Below are positions 28,502 to 41,848 of a stretch of DNA of 64,000 nucleotides, piece by piece. The stretch comes from Eledone cirrhosa. Lineage: Eukaryota. The position numbers and the translations under genes were made by a program. The DNA lies in assembly GCA_964016885.1 (NCBI GenBank), contig OZ024742.1:316572001-316636000 (forward strand). The letters are read 5' to 3'. The notes below the pieces were generated by a model. It did no database searches, had not been told where the DNA came from, and saw only the letters and a list, made by a program, of their open reading frames with translations. The first letter of the stretch is position 1. The number at the start of each line of letters is the position of its first letter.

Positions 28502-30820
28502 ATGGAAAGGCACCAATTGGATATGTCGTTAAAAAACATACCTATTCAGGCAAAAAGGGATTATATTCTAGGTATGATACGAAGGACCAATGATTTTATT
28601 CGACGAATCAGATGGAAAACATTCCATTTTGACAAAAGCCGTATAAACCAAACATCGGATCTTAACAAGGATAAATTTGGATTTAAATCTTACAAGAACC
28701 CACCCTCAAACCCACTTTTGGATGCATTTGAACAAGACCTAATGGATATGATCATGGAGATCAAATTTACAAAACGTAAGAACAATAAACTACAGAATGA
28801 CATCACGGCACTGCTCAATAATCTAAAAAACGCCAATGGAGTTATTGTTAGAGCAGACAAAACATCAAACGTATATACCATGGATGTGGACACTTACAAT
28901 AACTTCATCCGTAAGGAATTGCATAAAAAATACAGGAAAACTAATGAAGCCACACTTAAAAACATCAACAACTCGGCATGTGATATTGTTAAAAAACTTT
29001 GTATTGACGATAGAACGCAACCCTTAACACCAGCTATACCATCCTTCAACCTGAAGGACCACAAGGTAAACTTCGATACTAACCCTAATATTAGACTTAT
29101 ATGCCCCTCTAAATCTGGTATAGGTAAAATTAGCAAATATATACTAGACAGAATTATCCCCCAAGTTAAGGTTAAAGTAGAGATTAAACTATGGGGTAAC
29201 ACTCATGAAGCAATAAGATGGTTTAACAACATTACTGATAAGAAAAAATCAAAATTTATTCAGTTTGATATTGATGAATATTATTCCTCAATTTCACCTG
29301 ATACTCTACATGAAGCTCTTTCGTTCGCTAAGGATAATTCCGACCTCACGGATGCTGAAATTAAAATTATTATGGAAGCGAGAAAAACTATAGTTAAATT
29401 CGATGATAGCTACTGGGTTCGCAAAGATAGACCTTCTAATTTTGATATCACTATGGGTTCTAATGATTCGGCGGAAGTAACAGATCTTGTGGGAATTTAT
29501 ATCACCCACAGATTACAAGGAAAATTCAAGGATCTCCACGGTGGAATTTACCGTGACGATGCGCTCCTATTAGTTAAGAATATGAATAACCAGAATTTAG
29601 AAAGGATGCGTAAAAATATCAGAAAACTTTTTAAAGAACTAGGATTAAATATTACATTTGAATATAACCTCAAAGAGGTCAATTTCCTTGATGTTACTTT
29701 CAATCTCAATACAGATACGATTAAACCGTTCCATAAACTAAATGAGAACCTTAAATATGTAAATACGAGTTCTAACCATCCACTCTCTATAATTAAATCC
29801 ATCCCTAGAAATGTTTCTCTTAGAATCTCCCGCCTATCGTCCAACCAACAAACCTTCAAAGAACATGCCGAGTATTATGATGATGCACTTAGGAAAGCCG
29901 GTCACCTAGATAATATAGAGTATATAGTCAATGATCACCAAAACACCCAAAATAAATCACATAGGAGTAGAAATAGCACAGAATCACCACCATACATACA
30001 CTACCGCAATAGACACAATAATAGTCGCACACCACCAAACAGAAAGCGATGTAAGGAGTATATCTGGTACAACCCGGTCTATAACAAATCTATTATAACC
30101 AATCTACCCACAAAATTCTTTCGATTAGTTAGAAAACACTTTCCAACATCACATAAATATAATAAAATCTTAAACCCTAACACCATCCGACTTTCATATT
30201 CAACCGCCCCTAATATTGAACAACATATAAAAATGCTTAACGCAAAACGGTTGTATAAACGCCTTCCAACACATAACAATACACGTAAAACATTAGCTAT
30301 AACATCACAAAACAACAAACAACATCCTGTCCTGCATAAGCAACCTCATCAACCCATCCATGGCAATACAACAACGCAAAATTGTAATTGCAACTGTGTC
30401 CAACCAGGAATGTGTCCGTTGAACAATCAGTGTCTTGAACGCAACATCGTATACAAATGTACTATCGAATCGAATAGACAGAAGTGGTACTATGTGGGAT
30501 CTACAGCCACCTCCTTTAAATCACGCCTTTATAGACATCGTTATTCGATAAAACATGAAAACCAGCGTTATGTAACAACACTCGCAGACAAGGCTTGGCA
30601 GCTGCGTGAAAATAACCAACAATTTCACCTAAAATGGGATATAATAGCGTCTGCCCCCCCATATACCAATGGACAGGAATTTTGTAAATTATGTAATGTA
30701 GAATTATTTTGTATTATGAAATCCAAAAACATTTTATTAAATAACAGAATAGAGCGATCGTTATACTGTAACCATCGCTTAAAATCTACATTTTCATATT
30801 ATAAATACTACCAGGATTGA
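28502..30820 (+). CDS. Penelope-like (Naiad-type) reverse transcriptase / GIY-YIG endonuclease, 772 aa
   Basis: Same motifs as the 25083-27401 ORF. I see 4 amino-acid differences (S/R, Y/C, D/G, R/K). Confidence 0.95.
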   Translation: MERHQLDMSLKNIPIQAKRDYILGMIRRTNDFIRRIRWKTFHFDKSRINQTSDLNKDKFGFKSYKNPPSNPLLDAFEQDLMDMIMEIKFTKRKNNKLQNDITALLNNLKNANGVIVRADKTSNVYTMDVDTYNNFIRKELHKKYRKTNEATLKNINNSACDIVKKLCIDDRTQPLTPAIPSFNLKDHKVNFDTNPNIRLICPSKSGIGKISKYILDRIIPQVKVKVEIKLWGNTHEAIRWFNNITDKKKSKFIQFDIDEYYSSISPDTLHEALSFAKDNSDLTDAEIKIIMEARKTIVKFDDSYWVRKDRPSNFDITMGSNDSAEVTDLVGIYITHRLQGKFKDLHGGIYRDDALLLVKNMNNQNLERMRKNIRKLFKELGLNITFEYNLKEVNFLDVTFNLNTDTIKPFHKLNENLKYVNTSSNHPLSIIKSIPRNVSLRISRLSSNQQTFKEHAEYYDDALRKAGHLDNIEYIVNDHQNTQNKSHRSRNSTESPPYIHYRNRHNNSRTPPNRKRCKEYIWYNPVYNKSIITNLPTKFFRLVRKHFPTSHKYNKILNPNTIRLSYSTAPNIEQHIKMLNAKRLYKRLPTHNNTRKTLAITSQNNKQHPVLHKQPHQPIHGNTTTQNCNCNCVQPGMCPLNNQCLERNIVYKCTIESNRQKWYYVGSTATSFKSRLYRHRYSIKHENQRYVTTLADKAWQLRENNQQFHLKWDIIASAPPYTNGQEFCKLCNVELFCIMKSKNILLNNRIERSLYCNHRLKSTFSYYKYYQD

Positions 30821-31293
30821 ACGCCTGTCTCTATCCCCGTTTGATTGTCAAAATAGATATTAACATTCTTTATTAGTCTTAATTCTATCAACTCTTCTAT
30901 TATTTACCTTTTAATACAAACTGCTATAGATAAAATGAGATTTCTGATTTTTTGATTCAATTCCCTAGTGGAAATACCAGCTGACTACTAGCATTGATGT
31001 TATTTAGTAGCAATCGAAATCTCCCCCTTCCCCAATTGACACTTTATGATTAATACTACTGCACCAAATGACCAGCCCTGTCCACTGTCCAGTTGGTCAA
31101 GTAGAGATTAAAATCGGCACTCCCAAAATTCTTATTTAGATTTACTCATGGTATTCTCATTAAAAACCCATTATATACTTGTTTAGCAGTAAATTATTTT
31201 ACCATCTGTCATATTCTATCCCCTCTGTTCCTTCCTCTTTTACTAATATAAATACTTCAATTTTTCTGATTTTATCCAGTTTATCCAAAATCT

Positions 31294-31409
31294 CTGAAGA
31301 AGTGACAACTGATTATACATTTGCTATCGAATACTTGCTAACATTATATGATTACGCAAGCAGCGATACATAGGTATTCGGTCTGTTACAGAAACATATG
31401 TCAATACCT
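31294..31409 (+). ncRNA. Hammerhead-like motif with ~90-nt stem II in the pLTR (copies at 28179-28294 +, 24494-24609 -, 27609-27724 -)
   Basis: CTGAAGA-a-gtgaca-actga...tcggt-c-tgttac-a-GAAA-catatg-TC. Stem I is not locally paired. Confidence 0.5.
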
Positions 31410-31562
31410 AATAAATTCCTTTTTTAACAAAAGCACTTTCATTTTATATTCATCCTTTCTACATTTCTCCGGAATATAATTTATACTCGTTGAGCAAACC
31501 TGCACGTACGCTGTTCATCTCTAACGTAACGATATATTATCACTACATTATTGATAACCTGA

Positions 31563-31602
<40 letters not shown>

Positions 31603-31757
31603 ATATTTATATATAAATGTATATATATTAGAAAGTGAGGTTTTTTTTACAAAATGAAAAAAACCGAGGTGTCCTACACGAGTGAAAGTATAAGGAAAAA
31701 AGATGAAATCCAAATTGCAACTGGAGTCTTTTTATATAAAAATATATATTTATTTGG

Positions 31758-31801
31758 TTCCTTTACCGGTTTCGCAGTTCTTCCGCTTTTCAAAAGTAGA
31801 A
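31758..31801 (-). ncRNA. U3:A8 variant minimal hammerhead in a pLTR fragment (~31630-31835)
   Basis: Reverse complement: ttctactt-TTGAAAA-gcg-gaagaac-tgc-GAAA-ccgg-TA-aaggaa. Confidence 0.7.
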
Positions 31802-31835
31802 TTGTGATGGAGGGTTTGTGGCTTTTCTCAAACAC

Positions 31836-31892
<57 letters not shown>

Positions 31893-32109
31893 AGTCAAGC
31901 TAACAGTCAATATGGTATTTTGAGGACATATGTTGAGACCCAATAGAACGAGACCTTTCTCAATCTGATTTATCTATATTTTCCAACGGATCTTATTAGA
32001 GTAATCTTCCTTAGACAGTGTTTGTATCTATGAATTGCTTAGATAATATCAGTTGATCGAAGCTTACAGCTTACTATATTACTTATATGTGGCAATAACT
32101 TAAAGTGTG

Positions 32110-32380
32110 TATCGATCCCCTGGGCTCATGGTGCTGGTGTTTATCCTGGTTTCCGTGCTGTTAAGCGAATGAGAGTACATGACACAGCCCTCGACATGGT
32201 GCTAATCCGTTGCACAGCTAAACGCCTAGATACTACTGGTACCTATTTCCAGCTGAGTCTACCGGAGCAACGTGAAATGAATTGTTTTCCTCAAGAATAC
32301 ACCACACAAGCCAGTCGAGGTATCGAACCCATGACATTATGATCGTAAGTTCAACACCCTTAGAACTAGACCATGTGCCT
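32110..32380 (-). mobile_element. Old tRNA-headed SINE
   Basis: The reverse complement starts GGCACATGGTCTAGT...GGGTTCGATACC (A/B boxes), followed by a SINE-like central domain. Confidence 0.6.
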
Positions 32381-34034
32381 AGAACATCTAATATAGAAAA
32401 TCTTCAGAGGGTAGTTTTGGGCTATCATATAACTGTTGACTCTTGCAGAGGCCACGGCCTAAACAAGAAATATGGAATGCTGTTTTCTTCAGATTTAGAG
32501 AAAGTGATTTTGAGGATAAAACATTAGGTTAATCTGTTGTTTCTGTTAATGTTTCAGCTTCACAGCCTTATGAATTGTTTGTTGTTTAATATCATTAACT
32601 ATTGCATAAAAGAAAATTATTTTCCTTGTTGTCTTAATCGGAAATAGATATGTATATTGGATTGATGATTTTGTATGAACAGTCTACATTGGCATAGCAC
32701 AAACATACCATACATATCAGCTAATAAAGTAATTAAACACGCTCATAGACATCACCATACACACACATATATATGTACACACACACATACGTACACGCAC
32801 ATATTATTATAAATGTGTGTTTGTGTGTATATATGTGTGTGTGTCTAGTGTATGTATATAGGTATACATATGTGTATCTAGTGCATGTATTTATATGTAT
32901 ATTCATATGTGTGTAAGTATGTTATATTTATATAGCATAAATGCAAACAAAGAGAAAGAAAGGATGTAGTATGGGCGTATATATTGTGCATGGCAATGCC
33001 ATTAGTGGGGTGTTAGTGGCAACTGCATGAATGGGAGATTATTTTTCTATATCAGATATAATTCCCTTTGATCTTATATAGATATTCATTTTTCAGTGCA
33101 CTCGAATTATAACGATTTCTTTTGGTCGAATTTCTTTTTAAATCAAACGTTGCACAGAATATTTCTTGTTTCAATTATAATTACTTCTAATAATGTTCCA
33201 TAAAAAATCAAGAAACAACTGATGACTTCATATAGATAGAGTAAATCAATGTAGAATTAACGTCTAGCAATCAGAGCGATCGAAAAAGCTTGGAGGAATA
33301 TAATATCTGTAAAAACCCAAATGAGGTAAACTCGGTGGATGGACTAGAAATAACATTAAAATTCCCGCAAATCACACCGAATGGCCTTAATAAAATGTAG
33401 AACGCAGAGCAATGTACTGATAGATATATAAAGCAGGAAACAAACATGATAGACACGGTGTGGACGACATTGATCATAGATCTGCTCAAGTGGAGCTGAA
33501 TTGCTGCTAAACAAAAATATAAAGAGCAACAATAACAATTTCCCTTGTATCATAATTAATTTCTGTCGGGATTTACAAACGGCAGAGAGTGTCAGCGACG
33601 GAGAGACCAAATGAAAAACAATTTCTTTAGATAAATATGACCATCAGCTCCACTATTAATACAACGAAATGTGTTTCTTTACATAACGTACACATTCTTA
33701 GTAAATTTATATACCAGGAACAAAACACAGTAAAGTAAACTTGATTTGATGATAATTATTGATCTCTTAACTGAAAATAGCATCTTATTGATTTAACCGG
33801 CTGTAGTGGCCATAGTAATAATACTAATAATAAAAAGAGAAATTCTGGGAACGAAGGTAATATATTATATTGTAAAACCAGTAGAGTGAATTATGTTTAC
33901 GTCTGTAAGTAGATGACTTCTCGGAAATCTATATATCAATGGGGTATAGTCATGTATACAATGTTTATAATACTTAGCTGTGGTGGAAATATATAATCAT
34001 ACCTTTCACTGAACCTCTCTCTCTCTCTCTCTCC

Positions 34035-34083
<49 letters not shown>

Positions 34084-34217
34084 CCCCCTCTCTCTCTCTC
34101 ACTCTCTCTCTCACTCTCTCTCACTCTCTCTCTCTCTATCTCTCTCTCTCTCTACCTCTCTCTCTCTCTCTTTCTCTTACCCTCTCTGTCGAACACACGC
34201 GCACACATTCTGCATAT

Positions 34218-35324
<1,107 letters not shown>

Positions 35325-35330
<6 letters not shown>

Positions 35331-37941
35331 TATGAAGAGAGAAGAAACATTTAGATATAATTAGTAATAAAATGTATCATACCTAAACTGTTCCTAAATT
35401 CCTCGACTTCGTAGTTTCGTGGCATAAACAAAAACAATATATCAAAGATATAGAGTCCTTGCGAGGTCTGCCGACTTATCAAGAGGATACCTCATTTTAC
35501 TAGTCTCAAGAACGCGTCTACACGACGTGAGAAAGAATCCCAAAAGGCGGAGGGGGAGATAGTCACGCGATATAACGGTCGAGAAACAGAGCTAAGCCTC
35601 TTATAACCACGAAGAAAATACCACGGAGGCGGAGGGGGTATTCATATCGAGGCCGTAGAAGAGGTAGTGAAGAAGGCGAGAAGTATGAGTAATGGAAGCT
35701 TTCCAGTTGTCCCCACACCTCAAAGATTGCTCGACCAGAGGGAGTTATTAATATATTTAGAAACACACAGATACATGCGGGGACACACATATATACATGA
35801 ATGCATCCACACCCAACTGTGAGTTAAGGGTGCCAACTTCACCGATGTTGCTCAATGAATGACTGGGACAGACCAATTCAGTTTGAACCAGACTGAACCA
35901 GTATCAGAGTTAAAAATACATTATGAAGAGAGAAGAAACATTTAGATATAATTAGTAATAAAATGTATCATACCTAAACTGTTCCTAAATTCCTCGACTA
36001 CGTAGTTTCGTGGCATAAACAAAAACAATATATCAAAGATATAGAGTCCTTGCGAGGTCTGCCGACTTATCAAGAGGATACCTCATTTTACTAGTCTCAA
36101 GAACGCGTCTACACGACGTGAGAAAGAATCCCAAAAGGCGGTATATATGTGTGTGTCCGCATGTATCTGTGTGTTTCTAAATATATTAATAACTCCCTCT
36201 GGTCGAGCAATCTTTGAGGTGTGGGGACAACTGGAAAGCTTCCATTACTCATACTTCTCGCCTTCTTCACTACCTCTTCTACGGCCTCGATATGAATACC
36301 CCCTCCGCCTCCGTGGTATTTTCTTCGTGGTTATAAGAGGCTTAGCTCTGTTTCTCGACCGTTATATCGCGTGACTATCTCCCCCTCCGCCTTTTGGGAT
36401 TCTTTCTCACGTCGTGTAGACGCGTTCTTGAGACTAGTAAAATGAGGTATCCTCTTGATAAGTCGGCAGACCTCGCAAGGACTCTATATCTTTGATATAT
36501 TGTTTTTGTTTATGCCACGAAACTACGTAGTCGAGGAATTTAGGAACAGTTTAGGTATGATACATTTTATTACTAATTATATCTAAATGTTTCTTCTCTC
36601 TTCATAATGTATTTTTAACTCTGATACTGGTTCAGTCTGGTTCAAACTGAATTGGTCTGTCCCAGTCATTCATTGAGCAACATCGGTGAAGTTGGCACCC
36701 TTAACTCACAGTTGGGTGTGGATGCATTCATGTATATATGTGTGTGTCCGCATGTATCTGTGTGTTTCTAAATATATTAATAACTCCCTCTGGTCGAGTA
36801 ATCTTTGAGGTGTGGGGACAACTGGAAAGCTTCCATTACTCATACTTCTCGCCTTCTTCACTACCTCTTCTACGGCCTCGATATGAATACCCCCTCCGCC
36901 TCCGTGGTATTTTCTTCGTGGTTATAAGAGGCTTAGCTCTGTTTCTCGACCGTTATATCGCGTGACTATCTCCCCCTCCGCCTTTTGGGATTCTTTCTCA
37001 CGTCGTGTAGACGCGTTCTTGAGACTAGTAAAATGAGGTATCCTCTTGATAAGTCGGCAGACCTCGCAAGGACTCTATATCTTTGATATATTGTTTTTGT
37101 TTATGCCACGAAACTACGTAGTCGAGGAATTTAGGAACAGTTTAGGTATGATACATTTTATTACTAATTATATCTAAATGTTTCTTCTCTCTTCATAATG
37201 TATTTTTAACTCTGATACTGGTTCAGTCTGGTTCAAACTGAATTGGTCTGTCCCAGTCATTCATTGAGCAACATCGGTGAAGTTGGCACCCTTAACTCAC
37301 AGTTGGGTGTGGATGCATTCATGTATATATGTGTGTGTCCGCATGTATCTGTGTGTTTCTAAATATATTAATAACTCCCTCTGGTCGAGCAATCTTTGAG
37401 GTGTGGGGACAACTGGAAAGCTTCCATTACTCATACTTCTCGCTTTCTTCACTACCTCTTCTACGGCCTCGATATGAATACCCCCTCCGCCTCCGTGGTA
37501 TTTTCTTCGTGGTTATAAGAGGCTTAGCTCTGTTTCTCGACCGTTATATCGCGTGACTATCTTCCCCTCCGCCTTTTGGGATTCTTTCTCACGTCGTGTA
37601 GACGCGTTCTTGAGACTAGTAAAATGAGGTATCCTCTTGATAAGTCGGCAGACCTCGCAAGGACTCTATATCTTTGATATATTGTTTTTGCTTATGCCAC
37701 GAAACTACGTAGTCGAGGAATTTAGGAACAGTTTAGGTATGATACATTTTATTACTAATTATATCTAAATGTTTCTTCTCTCTTCATAATGTATTTTTAA
37801 CTCTGATACTGGTTCAGTCTGGTTCAAACTGAATTGGTCTGTCCCAGTCATTCATTGAGCAACATCGGTGAAGTTGGCACCCTTAACTCACAGTTGGATG
37901 CATTCATGTATATATGTGTGTGTCCGCATGTATCTGTGTGT

Positions 37942-37946
<5 letters not shown>
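35325..37946. mobile_element. Retrozyme-like array: 591-bp non-coding unit, ~1.4 copies on minus (35325-36141) and ~3.1 tandem copies on plus (36142-37946)
   Basis: Period 591, near-identical units, (TA)n on both flanks, five variant hammerheads in total. Confidence 0.9.
36450..36537 (+). ncRNA. U3:A8 variant hammerhead with enlarged stem II (also 37041-37128 +, 37632-37719 +, 35400-35487 -, 35991-36078 -)
   Basis: tcctc-TTGATAA-gtcggca...tgccac-GAAA-ctacgtag-TC-gagga. Confidence 0.75.
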
Positions 37947-38002
<56 letters not shown>

Positions 38003-39285
38003 GTATGTATATATATCCACTCGAGGTCGATAAAAATGTACCAGTCTAGTATTCGGGCTGATTCGCCCTCTATATCTCTTTCTCACTTCCTTTCTCTCAC
38101 TCTCTATTCTTCTCCAGAAGAAATTTGCTGAATTCAGACCTGGAGAAAAGACGGTCTCTGCCAGGTTTTAAAATGTCTTAAGAAACACCGTATGTGAATA
38201 TGGCGCCCTACTATGAGGGAGTTACAGATCCATACCATACCATAGTAAGAAAGAATCAGGTGTGCATTTTACTCAGAATTAAGCAGACCATAACTAGTTA
38301 TTGTATTATAATTTGGCTTGTGCTTCATCAGAGTAAACAACTTCATGGTGCCCCGCATTATTGTTAATTTATAATGTAATTTTTATTCAATACCTGAAGC
38401 ATTTTAAAGTATAGAGAGGCACAGTATTATTCTAATCTATGTCATAGAATTATTGCAAGGTACAACTAAATAATTTCCTTATATCATACCGATATATTTC
38501 TTCTGGGTAGGACTCAACATTTCACACGTTAAATTCAAGGAATATATAATATTTATACTTGAATATTAAATAAATTCAATTAACTTTCCTGTACGGATGA
38601 GACACAACGAAAAGTTAGCAGTAGTCATCTTACGCTACTTAAAATTGTAGAAGAATACAGTATTTACTCTAGTATTTTTACGCCTAAGCGCGTTAATTAA
38701 TTTTTTGTCCAAATTGAACAGTGTAACCACGTCTAAAATAACTGTGTAGCACAGTTACTCTCAAGTTAAAACTTTTCTCTTCCTGCACCCCCACACGCAC
38801 ATCTACACACAAACTTCTTTCATTTCAATATACTGCTTTAGGCGATACCTTTTCGTATGAACGTTTAATTATTTAAAACTACCAATGTATAAATACATAT
38901 ATGAAGGTATGCTGTTCACCAGTGAGACTGTCTGGAATTTATCATATTTTATTACAATTTTACAATTTTATGAAGACATAAGGAAATAAATCCAGTATAT
39001 CTTTTCACTCCTTACCTCTTCAACAGAATCATTATATACATTGTTAAACATTATCCTGAATTGTTAGAACAAAGCAAGATACTTAATATTAAAAGGTCTG
39101 CAGCTATTATAAGTTTGTTTTTCATATGGAAATATTTATAGGAGAAACTCTCTACACAATAACAAAGCTTTAATTACAATAATTCCTCAGCGATACGAAT
39201 GTTTCCGATAATTTCTCATTTCCAAGGTAAGAAATAAAAACGAAGCATTGTGACTTAGAAACCAAGAGACATAGATGTTAACTCT

Positions 39286-39352
<67 letters not shown>

Positions 39353-39353
<1 letters not shown>

Positions 39354-40758
39354 TAGCATTAAACCCCGTGTTGCTCGGGGGTCATTAAGTTACCAAGTTA
39401 GGTTGCACCACCCATTTTATGGCAGCACTTTTTTGTCTGCCAGGCACTGGGTGAATGATTTGCAGACCTCTGTGCAAAAAAGTGTTGAAATTTATTGTTT
39501 CACAGTACTTGCGCAACACGCGCGTAGACGATGCCAGCCGAACAACAGAGCTGCGATGGAGTTGTTCTGCATGGTTCTCTGTGTGTTTTCTAAATTTAAG
39601 ACAGTAGGGAGGGTTGTGATATCAGGGAGAGTTAGCTGTTGTTTCTAGCAGGTTTAGTGACCTCATAGAGGATATGTGTTTTCTAAATTTAAGACAGTAT
39701 GGAGTGGTGTGATATGGGGGAGAGTTAGCTGCTGTTTCTAGCAGGTTTAGTGACCTCATAGAAGATATGTTTTCTAAATTTAAGACAGTAGGGAGGGGTG
39801 TGATTTGTGGGGAGAGTTAGCTGCTGTTTCTAGCAGGTTTAGTGACCTCATAGAGGATATTATTGTTTATCATTATCTATAAAAGGCAGATTGTTGTTGT
39901 TGTTGTGGGTGTGCACATGTTCCATGTTTATACATTTGCACAATTTCAAACCGATTCGACTCAAAGTCTGTAAGAATCCACTTTCGTTGAGAGGTTTTAA
40001 AAAAGATTTATCGCTTGTTGTTGAATAAATGTATCTGTTGCTTTTGAATAATTGTCGTTTCGTATGAAATGTAATAATTGTTTCTACTTTTTTGGCACAA
40101 GGCCAGCAATTACCCAGTACACAACTGGTACTATATGTAATAATAAACGTTCTCTCTCTCTCTCCCTCTCACTCTCTTCTCTCTCTCTCTTCGGCAATCA
40201 CGCACGTTGTTTAATTGCTTTAAATGTGTGAGTGTGTGTTTGTATGTCTTTGTAAATAAATCATTAAGTTTGAAGCAACTAAAAGTTAGTGTGGTTATAA
40301 ATCAAGCACGTTGTTTAATTGCTTTAAAAGTTTTTTTATCATTTGAAGTGAGTGTGTGTTTGTATGCGTTTGGAAATAAATCAGTAAGTTTGAAGTATAA
40401 AAGAGAAAGTAGCAAAATGTGTGGGTTGGAGATAGAGGTTAGCAGATGATATGAGAGAGTAAAACGGAGAGTATCACCATCAAGCTTGGAAAGAGAAAGT
40501 AGCAGAAAGTATGAAATTGTATAGATTTTGAATGGTAATGGAAAGAGTTTAGCAGTTTAAATGAGAGAGAAAATCGTAAAATATTGAGTTTTATCTATTT
40601 TTTGCGTAATTGTGGGTGAAATTGAAAAAATTATATGTGCCAAGACGCAATCGAAGCTATTTCGAATACTGAATTGTAAATTTCAATTGAAGAAATTCTG
40701 TATCGTAGATTTCTATAACAAAGGAGCATGTCCATACACTGAGCTCTATAGATTATGA
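39353..40758 (-). mobile_element. Probable non-autonomous Helitron
   Basis: Minus-strand 3' end is a hairpin CCCCG-agcaaca-CGGGG, then tttaatg-CTAG|T. Candidate TC 5' end near 40750. Internal ~91-bp triplication. Confidence 0.5.
39582..39860. repeat. Three tandem ~91-bp repeats
   Basis: TGTTTTCTAAATTTAAGACAGTA...GAGAGTTAGCTG(T/C)TGTTTCTAGCAGGTTTAGTGACCTCATAGA x3. Confidence 0.9.
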
Positions 40759-40817
40759 TATATATATATATTCATTCAAAATATTAACAAAAATAGAACT
40801 TCATTGTGATCAAGTAT

Positions 40818-40882
40818 ATTTTATTATACATATTTCAGAGGTACTGAGCTAACTTCAACAGTACGTCCTCATCAGATAAAAT
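40818..40882 (-). ncRNA. Type I hammerhead (relative of the 18940/22354 family)
   Basis: Reverse complement: attttat-CTGATGA-ggac-gtactg..cagtac-ctct-GAAA-tatgta-TA-ataaaat. Confidence 0.75.
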
Positions 40883-41014
40883 AAGATGATGCATGACATA
40901 CCCTGACATAGTAGATGGTTAAGATCCAGTCATGGTAGTATATATATATATATATTAAAATAACAGATTAAAGTTTAAGCAAAGTATCGTTCCTTTCACC
41001 CTTATTATTATTAT

Positions 41015-41057
<43 letters not shown>

Positions 41058-41254
41058 TATATTTAGACATAGTCACAGATATATATATCAGTGTGGCTAC
41101 CTTTCACGGTGCAAATAATTATTAATCAGAGTTATATATAAAATTGTAAGTTTGAAGAATTATTAGATAAAATATATGCAATATTTCTTCACAATACTCC
41201 GTAGAAATGAAACGGGGCTATATGTTTAAAATGTAACCTTCATAGTTACATTTT

Positions 41255-41329
<75 letters not shown>

Positions 41330-41335
<6 letters not shown>

Positions 41336-41715
41336 TAAGTATGTATACGTACATACATATATGTATACAGACGTACAGTAGTATGTATATATATATATAT
41401 ACATTCATGCACACATATATATATACATGTACGTATGGATTTACCGAGCATTTGTCAGTGTTGAACAAAAGAGCAACGATGGTTGCTAAACACTGTATGG
41501 TTTAAATCGGGATGTTTGTTTACAAACACGACGATCATTATAATAAATGTTCGGTAAATCCATACGTACATATATATATGTGTGCATGTATGTATATATA
41601 TATACATACTACTGTACGTCTGTATTCATATATGTATGTACGTATACATACTTATATTTAAGTAACAGCCTTACTAAGAGTGAGAAATGAAATTTCGTTT
41701 CATTTTTTCCGTTTA
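41330..41715. mobile_element. Non-autonomous repeat with PLE-type inverted arm in (TA)n
   Basis: 41330-41453 is approximately the reverse complement of 41545-41660. Confidence 0.7.
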
Positions 41716-41790
41716 TATATATATATATTAATATATATATATATAAAATAACAGGAGGCTGGACTGGTGTAAATCGTTGAAAGTTTTATT

Positions 41791-41848
41791 ATACTATGAT
41801 CATTTCAATGACCGGGTTCCATATGAATCCGGTGATATCATCAGGTAT
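41791..41848 (-). ncRNA. Type I hammerhead in a short insert within (TA)n
   Basis: Reverse complement: atac-CTGATGA-tatc-accgg-attcatatggaac-ccggt-catt-GAAA-tgatca-TA-gtat. Palindromic ATGATCAT stem III. Confidence 0.75.

Larger units (their letters stand above)
27852..31570 (+). mobile_element. Naiad-like PLE, right arm with ~600-bp direct pLTRs (27852-28455 / 30967-31570)
   Basis: Direct repeats at a 3115-bp period flank an intact ORF. The 3' end abuts (AT)n. Confidence 0.95.

Noticed and set aside
28502-30820. Selenoprotein-type Naiad (in-frame UGA/SECIS)
   Set aside because: The ORF is uninterrupted with Cys at the motif positions. The only in-frame UGA is the terminal stop after the conserved C-terminus.
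33200-33620. Purine-rich, coding-like stretch with hydrophobic antisense ORFs
   Set aside because: Multiple stops and no recognisable motif or splice structure.
36147-36374. 75-aa ORF repeated in each 591-bp unit
   Set aside because: No recognisable motif, it starts in a TG tract, and identity among copies reflects recent duplication. Not formally excluded without dN/dS on diverged copies.
39582-39860. CRISPR-like repeat array
   Set aside because: Contiguous tandem units without unique spacers, eukaryotic context, no cas genes.
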